Numbered from the stretch's first letter, positions 1-8,128 are shown. The stretch: DNA of 48,923 nucleotides from Mycobacteriaceae bacterium (GCA_903970145.1 CAJCHO010000062.1:1-48923), one strand, 5' to 3'. A program made the numbers and translations. The notes: generated from the sequence alone by a model not told the origin.

Positions 1-285
1 CAGACCTACGAGGAGTTCGCGCGGCTCGCCAACGATGCCGCTGCCAGCCGGTATGCGCACGTCTTCGATGTCTGACGAAACGCGCAAGACGAGCTCATCG
101 GAGCCGGCGTCGTAGAGCCATACCGAGCAGCGCTCCGCTGCGAGGACGAGCTGCGCCGCGCGCACCACCTCGGTGAGCATCGCCTCGAGATCGAATGCCG
201 CTGCGAGCCGGCGCGTCACCGCCAGGATCGGTTCGAGCTCCTGGGTCGACAGCTTTCGGCGGCTGTCGCTGGCGTCCGTCGGACT
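1..285 (-). CDS. GAF-domain protein, N-terminal part only. The gene runs off the 5' edge of the window. The probable start is a GTG near 283-285.
   Basis: The minus-strand frame from about 285 down to position 1 is open, with third-position GC around 85%. It translates to VSPTDASDSRRKLSTQELEPILAVTRRLAAAFDLEAMLTEVVRAAQLVLAAERCSVWLYDAGSDELVLRVSSDIEDVRIPAGSGIVG. This matches the GAF consensus: a destabilising-prone core followed by the (R)IPxGxGIxG loop. There is no ATG in the frame; an in-frame TGA lies just upstream of the GTG, and an AGGGGG sits 9 nt upstream. The ORF track shows a different, Arg-rich frame at 95-307, which I regard as spurious. Confidence 0.4.
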
Positions 286-370
286 CACCCTTGCACCCCC
301 TGCTCAATCGTGGACCGGAGAGTGTCGCGCGTTTTGACGACTATTGCCACGTCGCAGAGGATGCGGGGGG

Positions 371-1426
371 CTATTCGTCCGGCCAGGGCGCGCCGGGCAC
401 CGTAACCGAGAACACCTCGACAGGCTTCGATAGACCGCGAATCGGCACGAGCCCAATCTCCTCGAACTCGAACTGGTCCTCAAGCTGCAGGCGGGTAGCA
501 GCGTCGGTCAGGATCGGTCGGCGCGCCACCTTGGTGTGCGCCTCAAGCCGCGCTGCCAGATTGACCGACTCGCCAATGCAGGTATAGGTGGCGCGCTTCT
601 GGGTGCCGGTGTAACCAGCGACCATGCGTCCGGTCGCAATGCCGATCCCGATGCGCAAGCCACTCTTGCCGACCATGGCGCGCTCGGCGTTCAGTAACTC
701 GATCATCTCCACCATGTCACGTGCCGCGCGCACAGCACTCGCGCTATGGTCGGGCAACGCGAGCGGCGCGCCAAATACCGCCATCAGGCCGTCGCCTACC
801 ATCTGATTAACTACCCCGCCGTTGCTGCTGATCGCCTCGAACATCAGGGTGTAATAGGTATTGAGAAACTCGATGGTTTCCTCAGGAGGTTGCTGCTCAA
901 CCAGGCTCGTAAAGGAGCGGATGTCGGAGAACATCACGCTGGCCCACACGTGCCGACCTCCCAGCGCAAATCCGGACTCCTGCACATCCTGTGCCACCTC
1001 GGGTGTGGCAAAGCGGCGCACCATTTCACGCTGCTGGTCACGCAGGAATTTCTTCTCCAGGCTGGCGCTGATGCGCGCCTTGAGCAGAATCGGATTTACG
1101 GGCTTACTGAGGTAATCCTCTGCCCCAAGCTCGATGCAACGCACGACGTTGGCGACTCCCTCCACCGAAGAAGTCACCACGACCGGCAGCTCGCGCAAGG
1201 AAAGGTCCGCCTTCAGTTCTTCGAGCACTTCGAAGCCGTTCATTTCCGGCATCTCGATATCGAGCAACAGAAGGTCGAAGGTCTGCTGACGCAACAGGTC
1301 GAGCGCGACCCGGCCGTTTTCGGCGAGCGTGGCACGGTAGCCGTGCAGCTCGAGGCTGCGGGCCAGCAAAAGCCGATTTACCTTGTTGTCATCAACCACC
1401 AACAGGCGCGCACCCGAATCACCCAC
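371..1426 (-). CDS. Two-domain response regulator: an N-terminal CheY-like receiver and a C-terminal class III adenylate/guanylate cyclase (CYCc) domain.
   Basis: The track ORF 371-1633 contains a REC motif (LLVVDDNKVNRLLLARSLELHGY...LLLLDIEMPEMNGFEVL). It also contains cyclase motifs (VMFSDIRSFTSLVE, FLNTYYTLMFEAISSNGGVVNQMVGDGLMAVFGAP, RIGIGIATGRMVAGYTGTQKRATYTCIGESVNLAARLE). The first ~70 codons of the track ORF are Arg-rich and overlap the Hpt ORF. A GTG at 1426-1424 lies 2 nt after the Hpt stop, with an AAGGG 9 nt upstream, so I place the start there. Confidence 0.85.
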   Translation of the reverse strand: MGDSGARLLVVDDNKVNRLLLARSLELHGYRATLAENGRVALDLLRQQTFDLLLLDIEMPEMNGFEVLEELKADLSLRELPVVVTSSVEGVANVVRCIELGAEDYLSKPVNPILLKARISASLEKKFLRDQQREMVRRFATPEVAQDVQESGFALGGRHVWASVMFSDIRSFTSLVEQQPPEETIEFLNTYYTLMFEAISSNGGVVNQMVGDGLMAVFGAPLALPDHSASAVRAARDMVEMIELLNAERAMVGKSGLRIGIGIATGRMVAGYTGTQKRATYTCIGESVNLAARLEAHTKVARRPILTDAATRLQLEDQFEFEEIGLVPIRGLSKPVEVFSVTVPGAPWPDE

Positions 1427-1658
1427 GCCGCAGACCCTTGAGTGCTGCAGCGACCTCGGTGTAAGTATGGGCGAGCGCGTCAACTGCCTTCTCGTCCTGC
1501 GCCGCATCGCTGTGCAAGCCGCCAAGCTCAATCTCGCGCGACTGGGCGGCAAGGCCAAGTGCCCCAAAGGTGTTGCAATTGGATTTGAGCGAATGGGCGT
1601 GGCGCCGGTACGCTTCCGCATTGCGCGCTGCAAGCGCTTCGCGAAGAGATGCGATCAT
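1419..1658 (-). CDS. Hpt (histidine phosphotransfer) domain ORF. It is most likely the frame-shifted C-terminal domain of the upstream 7xGAF protein rather than an independent 79-aa gene.
   Basis: HAHSLKSNCNTFGALGLA is a canonical Hpt phospho-histidine helix. The same frame stays open upstream of the ATG and encodes GAGEQLQESAGPEFVNELVDTFLEEAPQ, the first Hpt helix with the FLEEAP motif. So the domain begins before the annotated Met. The ATG at 1658 overlaps the TGA of the GAF ORF (ATGA). Confidence 0.6.
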   Translation of the reverse strand: MIASLREALAARNAEAYRRHAHSLKSNCNTFGALGLAAQSREIELGGLHSDAAQDEKAVDALAHTYTEVAAALKGLRRG

Positions 1659-4600
1659 CTGCGGCGCCTCCTCCAGAAAGGTGTCGACCAGCTCGTTGAC
1701 GAATTCCGGTCCGGCGCTTTCCTGCAGCTGCTCGCCAGCTCCGCCGCGCGCTCCTCGGTTTCCTTGAGCAGGCGCTGGGTTTCGTCGAACAGACGGGCGT
1801 TTTCCAAGGCTACGCTCATGCTGGCGGCAAGAGTCTCGAGCAAGCGCACATGCGCTGCCGTGAAGGCGTGCTCGCGCTCCATATCTAACAAAGCAATAAC
1901 GCCGCGCGCCTGGTTGCCAGATACCAAAGGGGCAATAATTGCCGACTTCTCTTCAGCGGTGCCGGGAATGGTGTACGTGCCGAGTTCATCCCTCTTCTCG
2001 TTCATGCGCTCATTGACCAGCATCGTCGTTCGGGTTCGCATGACTTCAGCCGTGAATCCAGATTCGGTATCCGGATTAAAGGGTGAAGGCTCGACCGACA
2101 GGCGCTGGCCCGACTCGTAGATGTAGGGAATGAGGAGCGTGTTCGACTTCGCATCGTGGATACGGATCGTGACGTCACCGTTCTGGAAAATCTCGCGAAT
2201 CTTGTCGCCAACGGCGTCGTAAATACCCTGCATGCTCAGTTCCGCAGCCAGGGCCTGCTGAACGCTATTGATGATCGCCAGCTCCGCCGCCCGCTCCCCA
2301 GTCTCCTGTAAGAGGCGCTGGGTTTCATCGAACAGACGGGCGTTTTCCAGCGCTACGCTCATGCCAGCCGCAAGGGTCTCAAGCAGGCGGACCTGCGCAG
2401 GGGTGAAGGCGTGCTCACGCTCCATATTGACCAGGCCAATCACGCCGCGCGCCTGATTCCCGGATATCAGGGGTACATTGATCGAGGACTTCTCCATTTG
2501 CGTCCCGGGAACGAGCACGGCCCCGTAACTGGCCGCCGTCTCAAGCATCTTGTCAGAGATGACCAGGGTCTGACGGCTTCGCATGACATGCGCCATGATT
2601 CCTGACGAAGTCGTCAGATCGAAGGGAGCGGCATCCACATGGAGTCTCTGCCCCGACTCGTACAGGTAAGGGAAGTGTCGCAGTTTCGCTTTATCGTCGT
2701 AGATGGCAATGGATACATCACTGTTCCCAAAAATCTCACCGATCTTGTCGCCAACCGCGTCATAGATCCCCTGCATGCTGAGCTCGGCCGCGAGCGCCTG
2801 CTGCACGCTGTTGATGATGGCAAGCTCAGCCGCGCGTTCCTCGGTTTCCTTCAAAAGTCGTTGTGTTTCGTCAAACAGACGTGCGTTCTCCAGCGCCACC
2901 CCCATGCTCGACGCGACCGTCGATACGAGGCGAATCTCCGCTTCGCCGAAGGCTTCGGCGCTGACGAAACTATCAAGCCCGATGGCACCCAGGACCTGGT
3001 CGCCAGCGATGATCGGCACCGTGAGGTCGCACAACGCTAGATCGGTGCCTTGCACCGTAGCCATCCCTTGTGTAGTCACGCGCACGATTGGCGAGCGCGT
3101 GGCAAGTGCCTGCTCGAAGGGGCCTCCTTTGACCGGCGTCCTGGCTTCGACGTGGATCCGCTTGCCGTGTTCGTAGACGTACAGGTACTCCAGCTTATTC
3201 TCGCTGGCATCGAACCAGATAATCTGAATATCCTCGCTACTGAGTACCGCGCGGAGCTCATCGCCAACCAGATCGATGATCGCAAGGAATTCGAGCTCCG
3301 CGGCGATTCCCTGCTGGATGCTGTTGATAACCGCGAGTTCGCCAGCACGCTGCTCGGTGACGCTCAACAGGCGCTGCGTCTCATCGAACAGGCGGGCATT
3401 CTCGAGAGCTACGCTCATGCTGCCCGCAAGCGTCTGCAAAAGGCGCACATCGGAGTCACTGAACGCGTGCTGCGGATAGGCATACAGAGATATCAAGCCA
3501 ACCGCTTCCTCGTCGCGCAGGATGGGAACAGCGAGATAACTCTCGGTCCACACGCCCTGCGGGTCGCCGATGAACTCGGCGCCCAGCTCGACGGCGCGCT
3601 TTGCCAGGTCTTCTCCGATCAGCAGTGTCTGGCCAGTACGTATGACGTGCGCCGCAAATCCGCGACCGAGCTCCTTGGGCTCTATGACGAAGCGCTTGCC
3701 GCTCTCGAGGAAATAGGGAACCCGCCTGGTATTGCTCGCCTTGTCGTAGAGCGTTATCGACATGTCCTCGGTCTTGAAGATCTCTGCGACCTTGTCGCCG
3801 ACGAGATCAATGATGGCCGTGAAGTCGAGCTTCGAAGCGAGGCCGTCCTGCACGCTGTTTATGATGGCCAGCTCGGCGGCCCGCTGGTCGGTTTCCTTGT
3901 AGAGACGCTGGGTTTCATCGAGCAGGCGTGCGTTCTCCAGCGCCACCCCCATGCTCGCCGCTACCGTCGTCAACAGGCGTATTTCGGATTCACCATAGGC
4001 GTTCTCGCGCTCGTAGTCTTCAAGATGAATCGATCCCAACACCCGATCGCTGCCAATGATCGGTACTGCAGCCACTGAGAAGGCGTGATCCGTACCCGCG
4101 AGGTGACCGATCCCCTCCCGAGCCTGCTCTTCCCGTGAATTCAGGACAAAGGCGCGTCGGGTTTGCAGCAGCCGTTTGAATGTGCCACCTACCAGCTTGG
4201 GCTCAATGTGTAGTCGCTCACCGTGCTCGAACTCGTAGAGATAGTGAATCAGCCCGGTATTTGGGTCGTACCAACGGATGCCGATCTCTTCGGTGTGCAA
4301 CACCTCGCGCAACTTGCCACCGACCAGATCGATGATGGCCTGGAAATTGAGCTCCTGGGCCATGCCTTGCTGGATGCTGTTGATCACCGCGAGTTCAGCC
4401 GCGCGCTGCTCCGTCTCCTTGAGCAGGCGCTGGGTTTGATCGAACAGGCGCGCGTTGGAGAGCGCCACGCTCATGCTCGACGCAAGCGTCTCGAGAAGTC
4501 GGACATGCGACGCGGTATACGCGTGTTCCCGCTCTGTATCGGTAAGCCGAAGCAGCCCGCGCACGCGCCCATCCGAGATCAAGGGCACGTAAAGTGCCGA

Positions 4601-5620
4601 CTTCTCCTCAACAGTTCCGGGCATCAGGTAACTGCCCATCTGCTCAGTTACCTGATCTATGTGCTCGTTGACCAGCAAGGTACGGCCGGTGTCAACGATG
4701 TGTCGCATGAAGCCCCGTTCCGATAGAACATTGGGCGGCAGAAAAAGACGCTCCCGCATTTCGTAGGTATAGGGATAGCTGACCATGCCGCTTTTCTCGT
4801 CGTAGATTCGCACTCCGACGTCGGCCCCATCGAATATTTCGCGCAGCTTGTCGCCCACAGCGTCGTAAATCTCTTGAAGGCCAAGCTCCGCAGCGAGCGC
4901 CTGCTGGATGGCGTTGATGACCGCGAGCTCGCTGGCGCGTTCATCGATCTCGACCTTGGATGCGACCAGCTCGGCGGTGCGTGCGGCAAGTTCGGCCTCG
5001 AGCGCACTGGCGCGACGTGCATTAGCGAGCACGAGCGCAGTCTGAGATGCGAGCATGGCCAGCAAGTTGAGATCATTCGCATCGAAGCGGCCCCATGCCC
5101 CGTCGATGTCGGCGTAGACGTACCCCGTCAGCTCAACGCCAGAGACAAGTGGCGCAATCAGGCATGAGCGTTGATCTGTCGATTTCGCGCCTTGCGGGCC
5201 GTGTCGCAGGCGCGCCTTGCGCGTCCGCCGAGCCTCGTCAATCCAAGGCGTAATCGCCGCTACCAACTTGCGTTGATCCTCGCCAGTTGGCAGGCGTACG
5301 CCTGCCATTGACAGTCCATTCTCGTGCTCAAGAATTATGAGGATTCGTTGGGCGCCAGACACTTCGCTGACCGCATCGATCAGGGAGGTGTAGATTTCTT
5401 CGACCTGTCGATCTGGCGGCAAACTCGCTGCTATAGGAGGCAAACCTCGAGCAGGTGCTTTTTTCCCGGCAGCCCGGCTTCCGGATGCCGGCGCGCGCGC
5501 AGCAGTACGCTTCGCCGGGCTACGCGAATTCGCTTTGATCACTTCCCCTCCCCTGACGGCTTGCGTTCGGTCACCGTGGGGCTTGGCCTGCCACAGCGAA
5601 AATGAAGTATGGCGAGGCAA
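1655..5620 (-). CDS. Large cytoplasmic sensor protein of 1321 aa with about seven tandem GAF domains joined by conserved coiled-coil signalling-helix linkers. It has no recognisable kinase, cyclase or DNA-binding output in this frame.
   Basis: Repeated modules have the form ENARLFDETQRLLKETEERAAELAIINSVQQALAAELSMQGIYDAVGDKI ... PLVSGNQARGVIALLDMEREHAFTAAHVRLLETLAASMSVALENARLFDETQRLL. There are six clear copies plus a more divergent N-terminal GAF-like region. The last two copies are nearly identical in protein sequence. There are no TM segments, and no HisKA or HATPase motifs. Confidence 0.8.
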   Translation of the reverse strand: MPRHTSFSLWQAKPHGDRTQAVRGGEVIKANSRSPAKRTAARAPASGSRAAGKKAPARGLPPIAASLPPDRQVEEIYTSLIDAVSEVSGAQRILIILEHENGLSMAGVRLPTGEDQRKLVAAITPWIDEARRTRKARLRHGPQGAKSTDQRSCLIAPLVSGVELTGYVYADIDGAWGRFDANDLNLLAMLASQTALVLANARRASALEAELAARTAELVASKVEIDERASELAVINAIQQALAAELGLQEIYDAVGDKLREIFDGADVGVRIYDEKSGMVSYPYTYEMRERLFLPPNVLSERGFMRHIVDTGRTLLVNEHIDQVTEQMGSYLMPGTVEEKSALYVPLISDGRVRGLLRLTDTEREHAYTASHVRLLETLASSMSVALSNARLFDQTQRLLKETEQRAAELAVINSIQQGMAQELNFQAIIDLVGGKLREVLHTEEIGIRWYDPNTGLIHYLYEFEHGERLHIEPKLVGGTFKRLLQTRRAFVLNSREEQAREGIGHLAGTDHAFSVAAVPIIGSDRVLGSIHLEDYERENAYGESEIRLLTTVAASMGVALENARLLDETQRLYKETDQRAAELAIINSVQDGLASKLDFTAIIDLVGDKVAEIFKTEDMSITLYDKASNTRRVPYFLESGKRFVIEPKELGRGFAAHVIRTGQTLLIGEDLAKRAVELGAEFIGDPQGVWTESYLAVPILRDEEAVGLISLYAYPQHAFSDSDVRLLQTLAGSMSVALENARLFDETQRLLSVTEQRAGELAVINSIQQGIAAELEFLAIIDLVGDELRAVLSSEDIQIIWFDASENKLEYLYVYEHGKRIHVEARTPVKGGPFEQALATRSPIVRVTTQGMATVQGTDLALCDLTVPIIAGDQVLGAIGLDSFVSAEAFGEAEIRLVSTVASSMGVALENARLFDETQRLLKETEERAAELAIINSVQQALAAELSMQGIYDAVGDKIGEIFGNSDVSIAIYDDKAKLRHFPYLYESGQRLHVDAAPFDLTTSSGIMAHVMRSRQTLVISDKMLETAASYGAVLVPGTQMEKSSINVPLISGNQARGVIGLVNMEREHAFTPAQVRLLETLAAGMSVALENARLFDETQRLLQETGERAAELAIINSVQQALAAELSMQGIYDAVGDKIREIFQNGDVTIRIHDAKSNTLLIPYIYESGQRLSVEPSPFNPDTESGFTAEVMRTRTTMLVNERMNEKRDELGTYTIPGTAEEKSAIIAPLVSGNQARGVIALLDMEREHAFTAAHVRLLETLAASMSVALENARLFDETQRLLKETEERAAELASSCRKAPDRNSSTSWSTPFWRRRRR
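1735..4950 (-). repeat. Intragenic tandem repeat array: six GAF-module units with a period of about 505-545 nt inside the 1321-aa gene.
   Basis: The linker and GAF peptide blocks recur periodically. Their antisense shadow ORFs (MMIASSAARS..., 62-133 aa) recur at 2268, 2775 and 3276 on the plus strand. The DNA of adjacent units is diverged, but the linker segments are conserved. Confidence 0.75.
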
Positions 5621-5692
5621 TCACTTCAAGGCAAGAGCGGAGCAACCCTAAGCACCTGCACCGGGACCGTTGACCTTGGGCGAGGCCGGTTT

Positions 5693-7132
5693 CTAGGCGG
5701 ATGCCCGCTGCGTGCGGATCAGCAGCACTCCCAGAATGGCCGCGCAGGCGGCAAAAACCGCTCCAATAGCAAACGCCACGTGATAGCCGGCTGTGAGTGC
5801 GGCTGCCTCAGAAATACCCGCCGACTGGTTCGCATGGGCAACCGCGGCCGCCAGGCTCGCCAGCACCGCGAGACCCAAGGCCCCACCCATCATGAAGGAC
5901 GTATTGATGACACCCGAAGCGAGGCCCGCATCCTCTGGTGCCACATCGTTCATCGCAGCCAGCAGCACCGGGTTCAAGGCGATTCCGGCACCCAGTCCCA
6001 GCAGCAGCATGGCCGGCAGGACATCGCCAAGAAAATGACCGTCTGCTGGTGCGACCGCAAAGAGCGCCAGACCCAAGGAAGCACAGGCAAGCCCCCCGGC
6101 CAGAGGCCGTTTGATTCCATAGCGGGTGACAACCCACGCCGATATTCCCAGCGAGAGCGCGCCCATGATCAGATTGGCCGGCAGGAAGGCGAGCCCGACC
6201 TGCAATGCCGAGTATTCGAGGACCAGCTGCATGTAGAGGGCGGAGATGAAGAACCAGGCAAACATCGCCCCTGCCCAGAGGACGCCAACGATATTCGCGG
6301 TCGCCAGATTTCGCAGGCGGAACAGCCCTAATGGCATCAAGGGTGTGTGCGCCCGGGATTCGGCCGCGATAAACAAGCCGAGCAGAACGAGCGCTCCGGT
6401 CAGTTCAGTTAAGGTCTGCGCCGAGAGCCAGCCAGTTTCATTGCCGTTGACGATCGCATACACGGCCAGCATCAGGGAGCTCGTTACGAGAATTGCCCCG
6501 AGGACGTCCAAATGTTGTCCGGCGCCTGGCGCGGTGCTCTTAGGCAAGAGGAACTGGCAGAGCACGAGAACCAGCACCCCGATTGGCAGATTGACGAGGA
6601 AAATCCAGTGCCAGTCGAGCGCACTGGTCAATACGCCACCCAGGAGAACGCCGATGCTGCCGCCGGCCGAGCAGACAAAACCATACACGCCCATGGCTTT
6701 GGCGCGCCCGTCGGGCTCGGGAAAAAGGCCAATGATGAGAGACAGCGAAATCGCCGACACCACCGCTCCGCCCAGGCCCTGGACAGCGCGCGCGACGATC
6801 AGCCAGGTCTGCGATTGTGCCAGGCCGCAACCGAGCGACGCGAGCGTGAAGACGACGATACCAAGCAGAAACAGGCGCCGCTGCCCGTAGAGGTCGCCAA
6901 GCCTGCCACCGAGCAGGAGAAACCCCGCGAAAGTCAGCAGATAGGCGTTAACCACCCAGACCAGCGAGGTTTCGGTGAAGCCAAGACTTGTGCGAATCGA
7001 CGGCAAGGCAACGTTCACGATGGTCGTATCGAGCACGATCATCAGCACGCCCAGACACAGAGTCATCAGCGCCAGCCAGCGACGCCGATTGGTCTCGTCC
7101 GTGGAGGATGCTGAGCTTTCATCCATGTTCAC
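5693..7132 (-). CDS. MFS transporter of the DHA2 family (EmrB/QacA-type 14-TMS drug:H+ antiporter).
   Basis: The N-terminal signature is LMTLCLGVLMIVLDTTIVNVALPSIRTSLGF...WVVNAYLLTFAGFLLLGGRLGDLYGQRRLF. The 479 aa contain many hydrophobic helices. Confidence 0.85.
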   Translation of the reverse strand: MNMDESSASSTDETNRRRWLALMTLCLGVLMIVLDTTIVNVALPSIRTSLGFTETSLVWVVNAYLLTFAGFLLLGGRLGDLYGQRRLFLLGIVVFTLASLGCGLAQSQTWLIVARAVQGLGGAVVSAISLSLIIGLFPEPDGRAKAMGVYGFVCSAGGSIGVLLGGVLTSALDWHWIFLVNLPIGVLVLVLCQFLLPKSTAPGAGQHLDVLGAILVTSSLMLAVYAIVNGNETGWLSAQTLTELTGALVLLGLFIAAESRAHTPLMPLGLFRLRNLATANIVGVLWAGAMFAWFFISALYMQLVLEYSALQVGLAFLPANLIMGALSLGISAWVVTRYGIKRPLAGGLACASLGLALFAVAPADGHFLGDVLPAMLLLGLGAGIALNPVLLAAMNDVAPEDAGLASGVINTSFMMGGALGLAVLASLAAAVAHANQSAGISEAAALTAGYHVAFAIGAVFAACAAILGVLLIRTQRASA

Positions 7133-7610
7133 TCGCCGCTCCCGTCAGTCGAGGCCACGGCGGGAGTACTTTGTTCTCGCATCATCAATCTCCGCCTAGT
7201 AGGAGCACGTCAAATCCCGAGCAGCAGGCCGCTGGGCGATCGGGGGAACCGGCTCCTTGACCTTGGCCGGGTCGTATTTGCAGTCGTTGCTGGCGCAGGC
7301 ATTGGCCGCGTGCGCTGAGCAGTAGTTCCATGCCTCGACATAGGAGGAACAGGTGGTAGCCAGGTCGTCGTCGTCAAGCTTTTCCTCGATGCACAGGGTC
7401 TGTTGGTCGGCCGGACTCTGGTTCGACTGCCACTAGGTTGCGCACTGCCTCTTGGCATCCTCAATTGATGGCGCATGGTCCTTTGCCTCGGTAGTAATCC
7501 AGCAGGCAGCCACAAAGTCAATCTCTTCGTCGGCGATCAGCTGGAAGCTGTCACCGCAACGCCTGCTCGGGTCCCCGGTGCAGCAGTTATAGCTCGTCAC
7601 GTCAGGGTGG

Positions 7611-8024
7611 TTGGTAGCGATCCAGGGTGTCTTTTTGGAGTTGTCGCCAAGCGTCGTGACACCGACGTCGAGTAGGCGAACATGGTCCTTGCCGATCATC
7701 GATGCCCAGGTTTTTCGAGCGGTGCCACCGAACACCTTGATGCCGCTTGCCGAGCGGCTCGAGCCGCGGCTGGTAATCGAGCTGCTCAATCGCTACTTTG
7801 TGTCGATGGAGCAAGCAATCAGCCCGAGTGGCGGCTTCATCGATTCGTTTGCCGGTGACGAAATAAAAGCCCTTTTTGACACGACCAGCGACCAGGCGGT
7901 GGCAGGAGGCATTGCCATGGCAGGGATTCGAGCGTCTCACCTCCAAATAAAAGCGCACACGGCGAGCAGCGCCAAGACAATTCTCCCGCCGGTGCCTAGA
8001 GACGCTTATTTTCTGAGCGGATAA
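7611..8024 (+). pseudogene. Remnant of a class III adenylate/guanylate cyclase catalytic domain. It covers only the N-terminal half and is degraded upstream.
   Basis: The translation PNTLMPLAERLEPRLVIELLNRYFVSMEQAISPSGGFIDSFAGDEIKALFD aligns with the cyclase core (RLDPEELVELLNRYF...GGxIDKFIGDAxMAxFG). The metal-binding first half (VLFADIxGFT) is recognisable only with frame changes. The second half of the domain (the IGIHTG...GDTVNLAARLE part) is absent. The 3' end becomes AT-rich. Confidence 0.35.
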
Positions 8025-8050
8025 ACATATTACAAATCTGTCTTTGTTGT

Positions 8051-8088
8051 CATAAGAACCATTGGTGATAATAAATAGCTTTCTTATG
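8051..8088. promoter_or_regulatory. Perfect 8-bp inverted repeat CATAAGAA-N22-TTCTTATG in the AT-rich region about 40 nt upstream of the cysB-like start. It is a candidate operator or autoregulatory site.
   Basis: Read directly in an AT-rich island: ttgttgtCATAAGAAccattggtgataataaatagctTTCTTATGcc. This contrasts with the roughly 66% GC surroundings. Confidence 0.3.
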
Positions 8089-8128
8089 CCAAACAGAACT
8101 AAGCGAGCCCACAGCTCCAGAGACGATC

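Noticed and set aside
1-77. A possible plus-strand C-terminal fragment (QTYEEFARLANDAAASRYAHVFDV*) of a gene entering from the left.
   Set aside because: It cannot coexist with the minus-strand GAF frame, which stays open across 1-285. The GAF reading has clear domain similarity. I note that the first 77 nt alone do not discriminate between the two.
95-307. A 70-aa Arg/Gly-rich minus-strand ORF from the track.
   Set aside because: It is in the wrong frame. The adjacent frame, which lacks an ATG and starts with GTG, encodes a clean GAF domain with much higher third-position GC.
746-1441. A 231-aa plus-strand ORF, along with 861-1115 and 624-806, overlapping the receiver-cyclase gene.
   Set aside because: These are antisense shadow ORFs inside a well-supported minus-strand gene. 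They have low-complexity composition typical of high-GC antisense frames and no recognisable motifs.
2268-3479. Periodic short plus-strand ORFs (MMIASSAARS…, MLSSAASACC…, MIARNSSSAA…).
   Set aside because: They are antisense echoes of the tandem GAF repeat units, not genes.
3050-4078. A 342-aa plus-strand ORF.
   Set aside because: It is antisense to the GAF-array gene and has no domain signal.
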